A DNA stretch of 64,000 bases from the human T2T-CHM13v2.0 reference genome, Homo sapiens, in NCBI RefSeq assembly GCF_009914755.1, contig NC_060925.1; one strand, written 5' to 3'. The notes under the pieces were generated by a model. It ran no database searches and was not told the origin of the DNA. It was given only the letters and a program-made list of their open reading frames with translations. The position numbers and the translations under genes were made by a program. Numbering within the stretch: the first letter of the stretch is position 1; every line of letters starts with the position of its first letter. This document shows, piece after piece, positions 14,411-28,940 of this stretch.

Positions 14411-14498
14411 ATGCAAAGATAATCAGGCATCAGAGTTTGTGATGTCAACTGTTATGTGATACTGCAATAAACGTTGTATAAACCTCTGTAAACTAGTG

Positions 14499-14861
14499 TG
14501 ACATGGTTTGGCTGTGTCCCCACCCAAATCCCATCTTAAATCGTAACTCCTACAATTCCCACCTGTCATGGGAGGAACCTGGTGGTAGGTGATTGAATTA
14601 TGGGGGTGGGTCTTTCCTGAACTGTTCTCGTGATAATGAATGAGTCTCACGAGATATGATGGTTTTAAAAACAGGAGTTTCTCTGCACAAGCTCTCTCTT
14701 TGCCTGCCACCACCCATGTAAGATGTTGACTTGCTCTTTCTTGCCTTCTGCCATGATTGTGAGAACTTCCCACTCCTGTAGAACTGTTAAGTCCATTAAA
14801 CCTCTTGTTCTTCCTAGTCTCGGGTATGTCTTTATCAGCAGCATGAAAATGGATGAATATA
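14499..14861 (+). mobile_element. THE1 (THE1A-like) MaLR solo LTR
   Basis: tgacatggtttggctgtgtccccacccaaat start; gtctcgggtatgtctttatcagcagcatgaaaatggatgaatata end; TSD TAGTG/TACTG. Confidence 0.92.
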
Positions 14862-15006
14862 TACTGTAACAATTTTTAAACAATAGATGTGGATTGCTGG
14901 GTCAGAGATTTGGCATATTTTATATTTTGATAGTTTTTTCCATTTTGTCCTCTAACAAAAGTCAAAACAATGTGAACTTATGCTAATAGAATATGAATGC
15001 ATTCCT

Positions 15007-15123
15007 GGCTAGGTGTGGTGGTGGCTCATGCCTGTAATCCCAGCATTTTGGGAGGCTGAAGTGGGTGGATCACTGAAGGTCAGGAATTCGAAACCCTCAT
15101 GGTGAAACTTAAAAAAAAAAAAA
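15007..15123 (+). mobile_element. Alu left monomer only, with A-tail and TSD
   Basis: Left-arm Alu sequence runs into A14; agaatatgaa..gcattcct present on both sides. Confidence 0.85.
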
Positions 15124-16642
15124 GAATATGAAATATGAAGGCATTCCTTTCTCTAAACTATTGCCAATGTCAGATACATTTGTTCCTAAAATCAGGTCTC
15201 TGAAAATTGGTGGATAGTAAAATTAAAGGTTATATCAGAATGATTTCCTTTAAAAAATACAGAAAAAATGCATTCTAATAAGTTGGAAAGAAGTGTTCTC
15301 TTGTCATGTTACATGAATCTGAATTGTAAAGGGTTTGTCAAAAACCAAATATATAGGATTTTATTCATTAAAAAAATCATTACTACTAATGCTCAATGGA
15401 GCAGATGAGTTTAGTTTATTAGTATTGTCTGCCATTTTCTCCAAGATCCCAATTTTTAAAATTCTTTCATATGATGTCTTGGTTCTACTCAGCAAACTTT
15501 CAGACTTTTGTTATTTTTGTTAGTTTGTCATATATTTTTTAGATAGTGCTTTTGCTATAGTAAAACATGCCTTCAATGTGGTAAGATATGTCTTTTAAAA
15601 AATTATAGCCAATAAATATCAACTTGACTTCAATGGTTGATCCCCTTTTGCTACTTCTGTACCTGGAAAACTCCTCGAGATGGTAACTAGTGCTTTCCAG
15701 TCATGCTTATGCTTAAGAGCAAAAACAAAACAAAATTGAAAGCAATAAAAACAAAAGAATTTCGCTGATGAAATACACAATTTTAATTTTGCAAAGCATC
15801 AACTGTGAATGCTTCAACAGCATGGCATTGTGTGAGAGTTTGGAAACATACCAGGGGGTTGAATTTACATTCTTTTTTTTTTTGGGTAATAAGATGTATT
15901 TTAATTTGACCACGGGAATGTGGTCAATTATATTTCCAGACTCTAACTAAAAAGCTTGGACTTTAGGTTTAAAGTTTGTTATTCTAAAATGAATGTCTTT
16001 ATAGTAAAGGAAAAAACATTCATGTCTTCAATGTAGGAATCCAAATATCATAAATTATGCATTAATTTAAAGGCTGGTTTATTGTCAATCTTTTTAACAT
16101 TTAACAAATCAGTGACAAATGATGTTTAATTTATATATCCCTTATCACTGGTGATACACATCACTTATCATCTATTTATCCATCCATTTATTTATTTTTT
16201 ATTTATTAACCATATTAATTTTTCTTCCAGGAGATTACTGTTTTTATCCTTTCCTTTTCTCTTTCTTGTTTTTTCCTATTAAAAACTTTGTATTGTTTAT
16301 GAAAGTCTTAGGAATAGAAGGAAGGACTAATTTCTGAGAACAGAACAAGGTGGGCACAAGAAGCCCCTCTAAAGACAGAACTAAGGCAGGAATCAATGTT
16401 ATCCTCATGTGTGGCTTGAGAACCAGCCTGGTGGGGAGTGGAGGTGAGAGATTTCAGACATCAAGAAGGTGGTCACCACTCTGCTCCTCCAGGCCTTCTA
16501 AGATATGGAAAAGCTGCTGTGACAAAGAAGCCATGCTCTCTCGGACCCGGGCTGCAGCCTTGATATGTCAAGTGGTACAAGGCACTTTGACATGCAGGGT
16601 GTGGAGAAACTTCAGTCTTCAGACTTCATCCTGCAAATCAGA

Positions 16643-17672
16643 GTAGGCCTGATGAGCATTTGACCAGTGCAGTTACACAGAGCCCTATGCTCAGAAAGAT
16701 GCTGAGTCTGGTTTAACTCTGCTGTTATTATCTGAACATTCTTAACAACTTTTGCTTTAAACTGTGCTTTCTAAGCGGAGTTTAATGGGATAATGGAACA
16801 TGCACGTGAGCAGAGGAGATACATTCAGGGCACATGTACGCTGTGCTTCCTTGACACTCCACTTGCAGATTGCCTTTGCAATGCGCCATATGCACAGAAT
16901 TTCAGTGGACCACTAGGCTTGGAAATTCAGTAAGACTTAAAGTAAATAAAAGGTAAGCATTTTATATATGGGGCTGAGTAAGAGGAGGGCGATGAAACAG
17001 GACACTGACGGCTTTTAGAGACAGTGCATTCCTTTGAACACAACCTTGCTTCAAATGCAGAAAGAAAGCAGTGGCCTTTCATGACATCTGAATACCCAAA
17101 GAAGCCTATTACACCCTTTCTTACTTAAGTTACATTCTTATATTGGCCAAGTACTTACATAAAAAATGATGACACAGAAGGAAAGGGAAAAACAGGACAG
17201 CCCATAGTTCCTTTTCCTTTCAGTCTTTTCTTACTTGCCTGTAGCAAAAGGTAGAGAGTGTTGGTAGAATGTGCATGTATCGAAAAGTAAAATAAAAACT
17301 GTGCCACTGCTTTGGTGCAAAATTTCTTCTTAATTTGGTAAGAGCAAAATACACATGCATATATGAACTATGAAATATAAATTGTATAATTTCAGTAATT
17401 ATACATATAAATTAAATGCTCTTATATTCTAAATCTTGTATTACACAATACAAAGATGAATGGTAAAATTCCTTGTAATAATCAAAATTTTTTTCTTAGA
17501 ATGACATTAGATAGCAAATAAAAGAGACATGACAAAACAACGTGGAGACTGTGGGAGAAAGGTAACAGCTTGATAGTTTAGTACGTTTAGTGGAAATTTT
17601 TTTGTGCTTTTTGAATAAGGGGTCCCACGTTTACATTTTGCACTGGGTCCTGCAGATAACGGAGCTGTCTCA
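16643..17672 (+). mobile_element. MER97-like hAT-Tip100 non-autonomous DNA transposon (~1 kb)
   Basis: 5' tgtgcagttacacagagccctatgctcagaa-like start; interior atgggataatggaacatgcacgtgagcagaggagatac; 3' cattttgcactgggtcctgcaga. Confidence 0.75.
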
Positions 17673-18483
17673 GCCCAGTTGATTGATGTCCTGGAGAGGA
17701 TCCCTCAATGGCAGAGAGCTCGGTGACAAGTTCTAGATGTTGCTGCAGGTGTTTTTGTTTGACCATGTTTCTTGACTCCCTCATTGCGACAAACTTCTCC
17801 AGATTCTCTCAGAGCTTTTGAGGCCAACTCATTCACCCTCAGTACCGTTCCCCTGGCCTACCCCAAACTTATGCTGTTGAACTTGTTTCTCCAAGAAAGG
17901 ACTCAGCATTTCCAAAATGCTTTTCAAAGCATCACCAGGACAATAGAACTCTTTTTTCTTGGCTACGGAGTCCTGCCGAGCCACAAACAGATGGAAAATA
18001 TAATTCATCCCCTCAAAGATCTGGAAGATACTGAGTCCCACAGCATTTGCTCTGCACCTGGCTCTCCTATGGTCCCGATCATCCAAATGAACTTACAGGT
18101 CACTTTTTGGGTGTCTTTGTGCCAGTGATTTTGCTGATGGGTCTATTTGTCCTTTTATTTCTGGTTCACACGGGAGCTCATTATGGTAGTTATAAAATTA
18201 GATTTGTGGTGTTTGGAACCTAGCAAAGAGAGCTATGAAATTGCAATAGACTACTTAATTATCCAAATTTTTAAGACTAACCTTAATTCATTTATGTATT
18301 GTTCCAACTGCACCCCATCCCACATTTTTTTTTCAAGTGGGTGTTTTATATTTTGTGCTGATTAACCCCTTATAAGTGATACATTGCACCTATTTTCTCC
18401 TAATCTGCATTTTGTTGTTACTTTGTGGCATCTTTCATCATGTATAAACTTTCTTTTAAATTTTGTGTAATGAAAACGTTTAG

Positions 18484-18798
<315 letters not shown>

Positions 18799-21700
18799 TA
18801 AATTTTATGCCTCTGAAGGCTTTTCTATCCCAAAAATAACTTTAAAATTCTTCTATAGCATTTGAACAATGTTGTAGTTTTATCCTTTGAACTCTAATGA
18901 ATTAGAATTTATTGTCTGATAAATGTATAAGACAAACATCTAAATTTATTTATCAAACTAGATAGATTTTTAAATAAACAGCCACTTAATGGATAATCTA
19001 ACTCTTTTTAACTGCTTTGAAATATTTTATTTGCTATATGCCAAATTCTTATGTGTATATGTGCCTTCTTTTTCTCTCTAGTCTCTTTCATTAGACTATT
19101 TGCCTTTTCCTGTACTTATATCACACTGTTGAAGTTATTATAACTATGTAGTATATTATGATACCTAGTAGGACAAATTCTCCTTCAGTGTTCTTCAAAA
19201 ATTCCCTGGTTATTGTCTTGATTTACATTTTACAGATATTTTAAAATCAATTTTTATAATAAAATTCTTTTAGAATTTAAATAGAAATTGTATTAAATTT
19301 AAAGATTTACTTGGGGAGATTTGGCATCTTTGTAATGTTGAATAGTTTCCATCTTGTAATATCTTTCCATTTTATTGGATCTTAGAAAATTTTAACTTTT
19401 CCTTCACAACTTTAGTTAAACAAATTCATAAGTATACCCTTATTTTGTCTTTGTTAGAGGAATTTTAAAATAAGTATTTGTCATTTATTTCTGTAAATTA
19501 AAAAGATGTAAATTTATCTTATAACTGGCCACTTTCTTAAATTATTTCATTTATTCCAATAGTTTTTCTACTGATATTCCAGGCTTTTCTATGTAGGAAA
19601 TCACATAAGTTGCAATTAATGAAGATTTAGGTTTCTTTCTAATATCTTATTTAAGTTCTTATTTGTCAGGACTTCCATGTAATGATCATAGTACTTGATT
19701 TTAAACAATAGGATAAGTCAGACTCTGGTTAATTTTGACAAAACATAAAAAGTAGTTCAAAGGAAAACTATTGAACCACATTTGGAAAACAAGTACACTA
19801 AGCAGTCAGAACCAAATGCAAAATGAATCCATCTGGTGAACATATTACTGCTATTGCTATTGAACAACAGCTGGCATTCCCAGCACCACAATACTGCCTT
19901 TTTGTTCCTTGGGAAGCCATAGTGGCTTCTCTTCTGTCCTTGCTCCATTGCACTATTTCCAATTCAAGGTTGTGTTTGAATATCTGACTGGCTAAGCCCA
20001 GGTCGTATGCACATGCCAAAGTGGCAAGGGAAATTGGGAAAAGTGTGTTTTTCCACAATTCAGAGTTCTTCTATTTGTGGGAAATTTTCCAAATCATAGG
20101 ATCAAGGTTTACATGTTGAGTAGAAAAAAAAATTAACAAGAATATTTCATACCCTTTAAAATATATTGAACAGTAACAGTATGATTCATTTTGTATCTTA
20201 CTTTCATTGGAATTTCTCTTGTATTTTACCCTTAAATATGTTTTTGTTGTTGATTGATACTATAATAATATGACAGAACTTTCCTTTTATTTTTAGCTTA
20301 CTGAATAGTTTTTGTTGTAACCTTAATAAAAAGTGGATGTTAAATTTTTATCAAATATATTTCCAGCATATATGGAGATAATTACACATTTTCTCTATTA
20401 ATATAAAATAGCAAATTGCATGAATATATTTCTTAATGTTGAATTATTTCCTTGTATTATAAAATATATTCCACTTGACCTTATGCTCTATTGTTAAGTC
20501 AATATTCAATGTTTACAGTATTTGGCCTATGGAACTATTTTTCACAGCTGATAATTTTAGTTTATTATGAATATTTTTGTTCCCCCCTTTTATTTATCTT
20601 CATGCTTTTTCTTATTGTGTACTTCTATTGCTATTTCCTCTGCACACCCCCAATCATTCAACAGCCTTTAAGTACACTTTTCAATAAGGTCAATCACATC
20701 AGCTAAACAGACATTTCAATTATTTTCTTGGAAACAGTCTCTTGGAAAGCCCCTTTCTGAGGGTCTGGACTGATTGCATTCTAGGCCAGAAATGGAGCTG
20801 TCATTCTAGGACTTTCCTTTTCTGTTATGCTTTGAATTCCCTCTGCCTCTCTTCTGGCTTGGATCTGTTGCTTCTGGCCCCATCCTCTTATCTGATGTTT
20901 TGCCTTGTTTTGTCCTAGCGAATCATGAGGTCAGGTTCAAGGGACAAAGGCAGAGGCATGCACAGGGGAGCCCTCAGCAAGTCACATGGCTCCAATGTGA
21001 GCTGAATGTGCCCTATTTTCTGGAGCCTATTTATCATCCTGGCATCTCTCTTCAACATAAGATGATTCCTATTCCCATAGCCTTCTCTTTAATTTGATTT
21101 ACTCTCTCAGGTTTGGGGAATACATTCCCCAGGAGCTTGCTGAGAAAAAAGATGCATGGGAATTTTTTTTTGAGACAGTTTATACTTTAATATGTTTTTA
21201 TTCTATCCTCATATTTAACTGACATTTCAATAGGGCCTAGGTTGGAAACATTTTCTTTCAGAATGTTGGAGGTGTTTCTTTTCCATTAAGGAAATTGAAG
21301 CCATTTTAATTTCTATCCATTTTGCTGAGAATCTTGCAGAAGGCCTCACTTTGAATTGCCTTCAGTTTAGTGAATTTTTGAGTTATTCATTGTTGATTTT
21401 TGTCCCTCCATTTTCTTTATCTTTCTGGAATTTCTGTTATTTGGATGTTGGTCCTCCTGGACTAACCCATTGATACTGCCTTTTTTCTGTTCTCATAGCC
21501 ATCTCTTTGCCTTTCTGTTCTAATTTCGGTGAGACTTCCTCAACTTTATTTTCTGAAATGTCTATTTCATTTATCTTATGATGTTTTAAAATCTGATCTC
21601 CTTTTTTCTCCTGGATGTCCTCATCATAGTTCTTTTCATAGTTGCAATGCAATCTTTTACTGTCAGGATTTTTATTATAATTTCTTGTAAAATTTCTTCT

Positions 21701-22061
21701 CTCTGTATATTTATTACTAACAAATCATGTCTTCTGTTTTGGTTTCTCTTTCCATATTAAATAATTGTTTGGGGTGTTTGGCAATCTTTAGTTGTTCATT
21801 TTGTTTATGATTAAGGAGATTAAAAGTTTATTTTAATCATTCTGAGCAAGTGTGTGGGACTTTTTGACTTTGAACTTCACTTGAAGGTTATCTTAAGTAA
21901 CATGCTTTTGAGGACCCTTGGGCTGCTCATAAGCACTTGAAAATATTCCTTCAACGTCCTCTCTCAAGAGTAAAGGTAATGGTCATTTAATAAAGGCTTC
22001 AGTACTCAGCATTCATTGCGTGTGTAAACACTAGTCTTTTTATTTTCAGTACATTTCCTAT

Positions 22062-22224
22062 ATGGTCAGTCCCCCATGATGTCACACTGGGCCCTATGCT
22101 GGGAAGGGCCTCATGCTTAATTTCATTATCTGCTACTGCCATCTTGAAATTGTTAGTAATTTTTGAATGATGGACTCACATTTTAATTTTGCACTGGGTT
22201 CCACAAATTATGTATCCAGTCCTG
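22062..22224 (+). mobile_element. MER91A-like hAT-Tip100 MITE
   Basis: gtcacactgggccctatgctgggaagggcc...ccatcttgaaatt...ttttgcactgggttccacaaattatgtatccagtcctg. Confidence 0.8.
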
Positions 22225-22899
22225 GGTACCCGTATCATCAAGTCTGAAGTTCTAAGACTAAAGACCCTTGGTTTTACCCTCTCCAGTTTTCTCTGAGGGT
22301 GGGAGAGGAATATTTGTCCAACAGCATAAAATGAAGGTAGGGACTCCACTGTTTGTAATTTGAACTTCACACAATTTTCCTTATTCTAGCACTGAATTTC
22401 ACTCTTCTTTCCTCGCCTTTCCAATAAGGCGGCTGTGCCTAAATCTAGCTTTCCATGGATACCAAGGTCACAACCTGGATAGTTTTCTCTACCACTCCAA
22501 AATGTGGCTGGTGGCTGAAATCCAGACTGCCTGCTGGTAAGCCATCTTTGATTCTCCTGTGAAAAATGTTCATCTCTATCAACCGTGGGATGGGGTCCTT
22601 GAATGGTGACCCCACACTGGGTGTCTAATAGAGCACTTTGACTTTCCATGCCTCTTTGTGTAATCAAGGGAGGCATTGGGAAATGCATGCTTTTCTTTTT
22701 TGTGAACACATACCTTGTAAGTTTTGCCATTAAAATCTGTTCATTAACTCATTAGAGTGACTTGGTAATGTCCTTCCTGAGCTGCGCTTTACAATAAGAC
22801 ACAGCTCCAAATGGATTCATTTTGCACATTTTAGTCAAGGAAAAAATATTACTTTCATATAATATATAACAATAGTAACAACACCAACAACAATCTTTA

Positions 22900-23100
22900 C
22901 AACAAATATTCACATATTTTATTTTACAGTTTGTAGCACTGCCAAAACTTTTCTTTTGAACTGTACAACACCAGCAGACTGTATTATTTACCTACTTTAC
23001 AGGAAAGGAAACTCCTGTAAAGTAAGTAAATGGTTAAGTGATTATTCTCGGTTTCACAAAAGAGTAAGTGATAGTGCTGAGTCTCAAAACTGCTGCCTCC
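22900..23100 (-). mobile_element. MIR SINE fragment
   Basis: tattatttacctactttacaggaaaggaaactc...ggttaagtgattattc. Confidence 0.55.
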
Positions 23101-23512
23101 AAACATCCTCTTACCAGTGTGAATATGCAAAGCTGTCTCATCTCCAGGCAGAAGTTTTTCTGTTTTTGTTTTTCATGACCTCTTTACTTTTGCTAATTTT
23201 CTTCATTGAGGGAAGCTAATCTATCTGCCTTTCCCTTTTGGTTATCAGTTTCCATAAATAACTATGCCTGGGTTTATTACTTAACCACTTTGTTTAGCAA
23301 CCATTAATTGTCCAGAATAAAAACAAAGCTGCTTTGTATCAGAACCTAGAACAATGTTGCTATTTATTTCTTTATTTTGCCACATCTTCAAGAAGACATA
23401 TAGAGCACCCACCATGCTGGTAAAACTAAAGTATGTTTTCTCTGCAACAGTTAATGAAACAGAAATGAGGATATTAGTAACACTATAAATGGATAAATAT
23501 CTAATTTTAGAG

Positions 23513-25917
23513 TGTGTTACTCTGTTCTCCGGCTGCTAATAGAGACACACCCGAGACTGGGTAATTTACAAAGAAAAGAAGTTTAATGGACTCACAGTTC
23601 CACATGGCTGGAGGCATCACAATCATGTTGGAATACGAAGGAAGAGCAAAGGGAAGTCTTACATGGAGGCAGGCAAGAGAGCATGTGCAGGGAACTCCCC
23701 TTTATAAAACCATCAGGTTTCATGAGACTTATTTACTGTCACAAGAACAGCATGGGAAAGACTCGCCCCCATGATTCAGTTACCTCCCAGGGGGTCCCTT
23801 CCATGACACGTGAAAATTATGAGAGCTACAATTCAAAATGAGATTTGGGTGGGGACACAGCCAAACCATATCATTCCACCCTTGGCCCCTCTCAAACCTC
23901 ATGCCCTCACATTTCAAAACCAATCATGTCTTCCCAACAGTCCCCCAGTTTTAACTCATTTCAGCATTAACTCGAAAGTCCACAGTTTAAAGTCTCATCT
24001 GAGATAAGGCAAGTCCCTTCCACCTATGAGCCTGTAAAATCAAAAGGGAGTTAGTTACTTCCTAGATACAATGGGGGTGTAGGCATTGGGTAAATACACC
24101 TGTTCCAAATGGGAGAAATTGGCCAAAATGAAGAGGCTACAGGCCCCATGCAAGACAAAATTGCAACAGGGCAGTCAAATCTTAAAGCTCTGAAATGATC
24201 TCCTTTGACTCCTGACCTCTTACATCCAGGTCACACTGATGCAAGAGGTGGGTTCCCATGGTCTTGGGCAGCTCTGCCCCTGTGGCTTTGCAAGGTATAG
24301 CCCCACTCCTGGCTGCTTTCACGGGCTGGTGTTGAGTGTCTGTGGCTTTTCCAGAAACATGGTGCAAAGCTGTCAGTGGATCTACCATTCTGGGGTCTGG
24401 AGGACGCTGGCCTTCTTCTTACGGTTCCACCAGGCAGTGTCCCAGCAGGGACTCTGTGGGGGCTTCAACCCCACATTTTCCTTCCACACTGCCCTAGCAG
24501 AGGTTCTCCATGAGGGCTCCTACCTGCCACAAACTTCTGCGTGTAAACGCAGGCGTTCCCATACATCCTCTGGAATCTAGGCAGAGGTTCCCAAACCTCA
24601 GTTCTTGAATCTGTGCACCTGCAGGCTCAACACCACATGGAAGCTGCCAAGGCTTAGGGCTTGCACCCTCTGAAGCCATAGCCCAAGCTGTACCTTGGCC
24701 TGTTTTAGACATGGCTGGAGCAGCTGGGATGCAGGACACCAAGTTCCCAGGCTGCACAGAGAAGGGGTCCCTTGACTCAGCCCACGAAACCATTTTTTCT
24801 TCCTTGGCCTCCAGTCCTGTGATGGGAGGGGCTGCTGGGATGGTCTCTGACATGCTCTGGAGACATTTTGTCCATTGTCTTGGTGATTAACATTTGGCTT
24901 CCCATTACTTATGCAAGTTTTTGCAGCTGGCTTGAAATTCTCCTCAGAAAATGTTTTTGTTTGTTTGTTTGTTTGTTTTTCTACTGCATCATCAGGCTGC
25001 AAATTTTCCAAACTTTTATGTTCTGCTTCCCTTTTAAACATGTTTCAATTCCAAACCATATCTTTGTAAATACATAAAGCTGAATGCTTTTAATAACATC
25101 CAAGTCACCTCTTGAATGCTTTGCTGCTTAGAAATTTCTTCTGCCAGATCCCCTAAATCATCTTTTTCAAGTTCAAGGGCCCACAAATATCTAGGGAAGG
25201 GGCAAAATGTTGCCAGTCTCTTTGCTAAAGTACAGCAAGAGTCACCTGTACTCCAGTTCCTAACAAATTCCTCATCTCCATCTGAGACCACCTTAGCCTG
25301 GACATTATTGTTCATATCACTATTAGCATTTTGATCAAAGCCATTGAACAAATCTCTAGGAAATTCCAAACTTTCCCACAGTTTCCTGTCTTCTGTGTCC
25401 TGCAAGTCTCTAGGAAGTTCCAAACTTTGCCATGTTTTCCTGTCTTCTTCTGAGCCCTCCAAACTGTTCCAACCTTTTCCTGTTACCCAGTTCCAAAGGC
25501 ACTTCCACATTTTTGGTATCTTTACAACAGCATCCCACTCTACTGGTACCAATTTATTGTATTAGTCTGTTCTCATGCTTCTGATAAAGATACCTAAGAC
25601 TGGGTGATTTATAAAGGAAAGAATTTTAATGGACTCACAGTTCCACATAGCTGGAGAGGCCTCACAATCATGGCAGAAAATGAAGAAAGAGCAAAGGGAT
25701 GTCTTACATGGCAGTGGGCAACAGAGTGTGTGCTGGGGAATTTCCTTTTGTAAAACCATCAGATTTCATGAGACTTATTCACTTTCATGAGAACAACATG
25801 GGAAAGACCCACCCCCATGATTTAATTACCTCCCACTGGGTCCCTCCCATGATGTGGGAATTATGGGAGCTACAATTCAAGATGAGATATGGGTGAGGAC
25901 ACAGCCAAACTATATTA
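23513..25917 (-). mobile_element. Complete THE1 (THE1B-like) MaLR element: LTR 23513-23873, internal 23874-25557, LTR 25558-25917
   Basis: Two ~360-bp direct-repeat LTRs, THE1-int interior, perfect 5-bp TSD TAGAG (23508-23512 and 25918-25922). Confidence 0.95.
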
Positions 25918-25942
25918 TAGAGACTAGTTACTTTTATATAAC

Positions 25943-26237
<295 letters not shown>

Positions 26238-27373
26238 TAACTTTTAAAATTTATTCCTTTAAATGTTTAAATAAAACAGTTAAAATGCCATGTAACATAA
26301 TATATTGACTCTATTTGGAGATAAAACTGCATAAATTCAAACACTTGAATACAAATTAAGACTTTTACATCATTATTGTGAAAAATGTCCTTCCTCATCC
26401 CTTCCCCACTCCCTCCTTGTAAAGCTTGAGATAAAATTTCATGTATAAGGACTTTTATATCTCTGATTTCACCTTATATAAATTGCTTTGTCTCTAAAAT
26501 GCAAACACAAACTGATTCTCGTTAGATTCAGTTCAGCTATGAAACCTTTACTTCCATCAGGCTAAATATTCAGATTACTTAATTTTCCTTTTCTGTTTGT
26601 GTGTTTGGTTAGCCACCCTTCCACATAGCTTTAATTAGACATTGTCACTTCTTTGAGGCAGTTTGAAATAAGAGAAACAGTACAGAATATTTAAAAATAA
26701 TACATGAGTAATTCATTTAAATGACTGGATTACTTTATTGACAAAAATGTGGAAGCAATGTGAAATTCTGAAATAAAGGATGGTTAAATTTGAAAGGAAA
26801 GTGAGTCATAATTATCAGATTAAGTTTGCAAATGCATCAAAGATTCAAACATAAGAAGACAAAGCAAAAAAATACTAGAAGAAAACATAAGATATCTTTA
26901 TTTTTTATATTTTTTAAACAAAAGCATAAGATTTTTTTTTAAGACTGGTTAATCTAAAAACCAAAATGATTTTTGGTTATAAACAATGTCACAAGACAAA
27001 AGGCAAATTGGGAAATGTTACTATGGAACACTAAATAGACAATGGAAATCAATGACCTGAACAGCTAGTTCATTAAAAAAGAAATACATATGCTATTATG
27101 TGCATTTGTCCTATTTTTATATTTGGGAAATTAACTGAATTATGTGTTATGTCTTCCCACCCATGTATAACACAACTATGTAAGCTAGCCTCTGACAGTC
27201 ACACAAGCACCCATTTAACACCCTGATTCATCAGTTAACATGAAGAGAAAATGGGCTCTGAGGATTTTCCAGTTTTGCTAATATAGATGATAATAAAGGC
27301 CTCTGATTTTTGCGAGTTGCAGTGATTTCAAGGTTCACTTCCTGATACAAAAAGGCATTGGTGCTTGCTGTAG

Positions 27374-27689
<316 letters not shown>

Positions 27690-28613
27690 GATAATTTTAA
27701 TATTTTGGATTCCTGGCATCTTATGCTTGGTGGAGGCAATGGCTACAGAGGCAATATACTCTTTAGGTCAGTTTTTCATTTGTTTGTTTGTTTTTTAAAA
27801 TGTAGTTTTACAATGTTGATCTTGGCTGGGTAGAATTGTGCTCTTCTCTAGCCCATAGGATGATTTGTTTTCTTGTCTGGCTAAACTTGCCAGAATGGAT
27901 TCTTTTCTTTTCTATTAACAGTCACAAGTGACATGGTAATATGTAGGTACTCAAAGAAAAAGGACATCCAAAAAATTAAAAAGTGGGATTATTCCAGGGG
28001 CATAGTGGAATTTCTTCATCAAGGAGAAAGGCTGGGAAGATACAGCAAATGGCATTTGAAAGCATGTAATGACCAGGCAACTGATTCAAATATCATTTAG
28101 AATGAAGTGTCATTGATGGGAAGGCCTTAGATATCAAGTGTTGCTAAGTGTGGAATTTGCTAAGCTTGAGAATTCAAGGACTGTGAGATTGTCTGCTTAT
28201 TTCCAACTGTGCTGGAGAGCCTAAAGAAAGAGAATGATCATGTAAAGTTCTGAAATCTTGGCTGAAGTCAGTGTTAGAAAAGCAAAAGTTTCTATTTAAT
28301 GCAAAATAATACTTCATCATTTGCAGCTTCAAAACTTAAAGTAACTAAAAATCAAACTAAAATGTTTAACTTTGGAGTTTTTGCATTATAGAGAGTTGAA
28401 TTTGAATACTCTGTAGTTCTCTTATGTGAAAGGAAATGTATTTACTGAAAGAGAGTTGGGCTGTGAAAATTAGAATGGGGGCATATGGGAGGTGGCTCCA
28501 AGACGGCTGAATAGGAACAGCTTTAGTCTACAGCCCCCAGCTTGAACAATGCAGAAGACAGGTGATTTCTGCATTTCCAACTGAGGTACCAGGTTCATGT
28601 CACTGGGGCTCAT

Positions 28614-28940
28614 TCAACTGTCGGGGCAGGACAGTGGGTGCAGCCCATCGAGTGTGAGCCAAAGCAGGACGAGACATTGCCTCATCTGGGAAGTGCAAGC
28701 GGTCAGGGAATTCCCTTTCCTAGCCAAGGGAGGGAGTGACAGAAGGCACCTGGAAAATCGGGTCACTCCCAACTTAATACTGTGCTTTTCCAGCAGTCTT
28801 AGCAAATGGCACACCAGGAGATTATATCCTGCACCTGGCTCAGAGGGTCCCATGCCCATGGTGCCTCACTCATTGCTAGCACTGCAGTCTGAGATCGAAC
28901 TGCAAAGTGGCAGTGAGGCTGGGGGAGGGGTGCCCACCAT
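28614..28940 (-). pseudogene. L1 antisense ORF0 homologue, interrupted by one in-frame TGA
   Basis: MVGTPPPASLPLCSSISDCSASNE* then, in the same frame, MGMGPSEPGAGYNLLV...GVTRFSRC, resembling the recalled primate L1 ORF0 peptide. Confidence 0.75.

Noticed and set aside
24182-25552. Cluster of 70-170 aa ORFs
   Set aside because: All lie within THE1 internal sequence, a decayed MaLR ORF.
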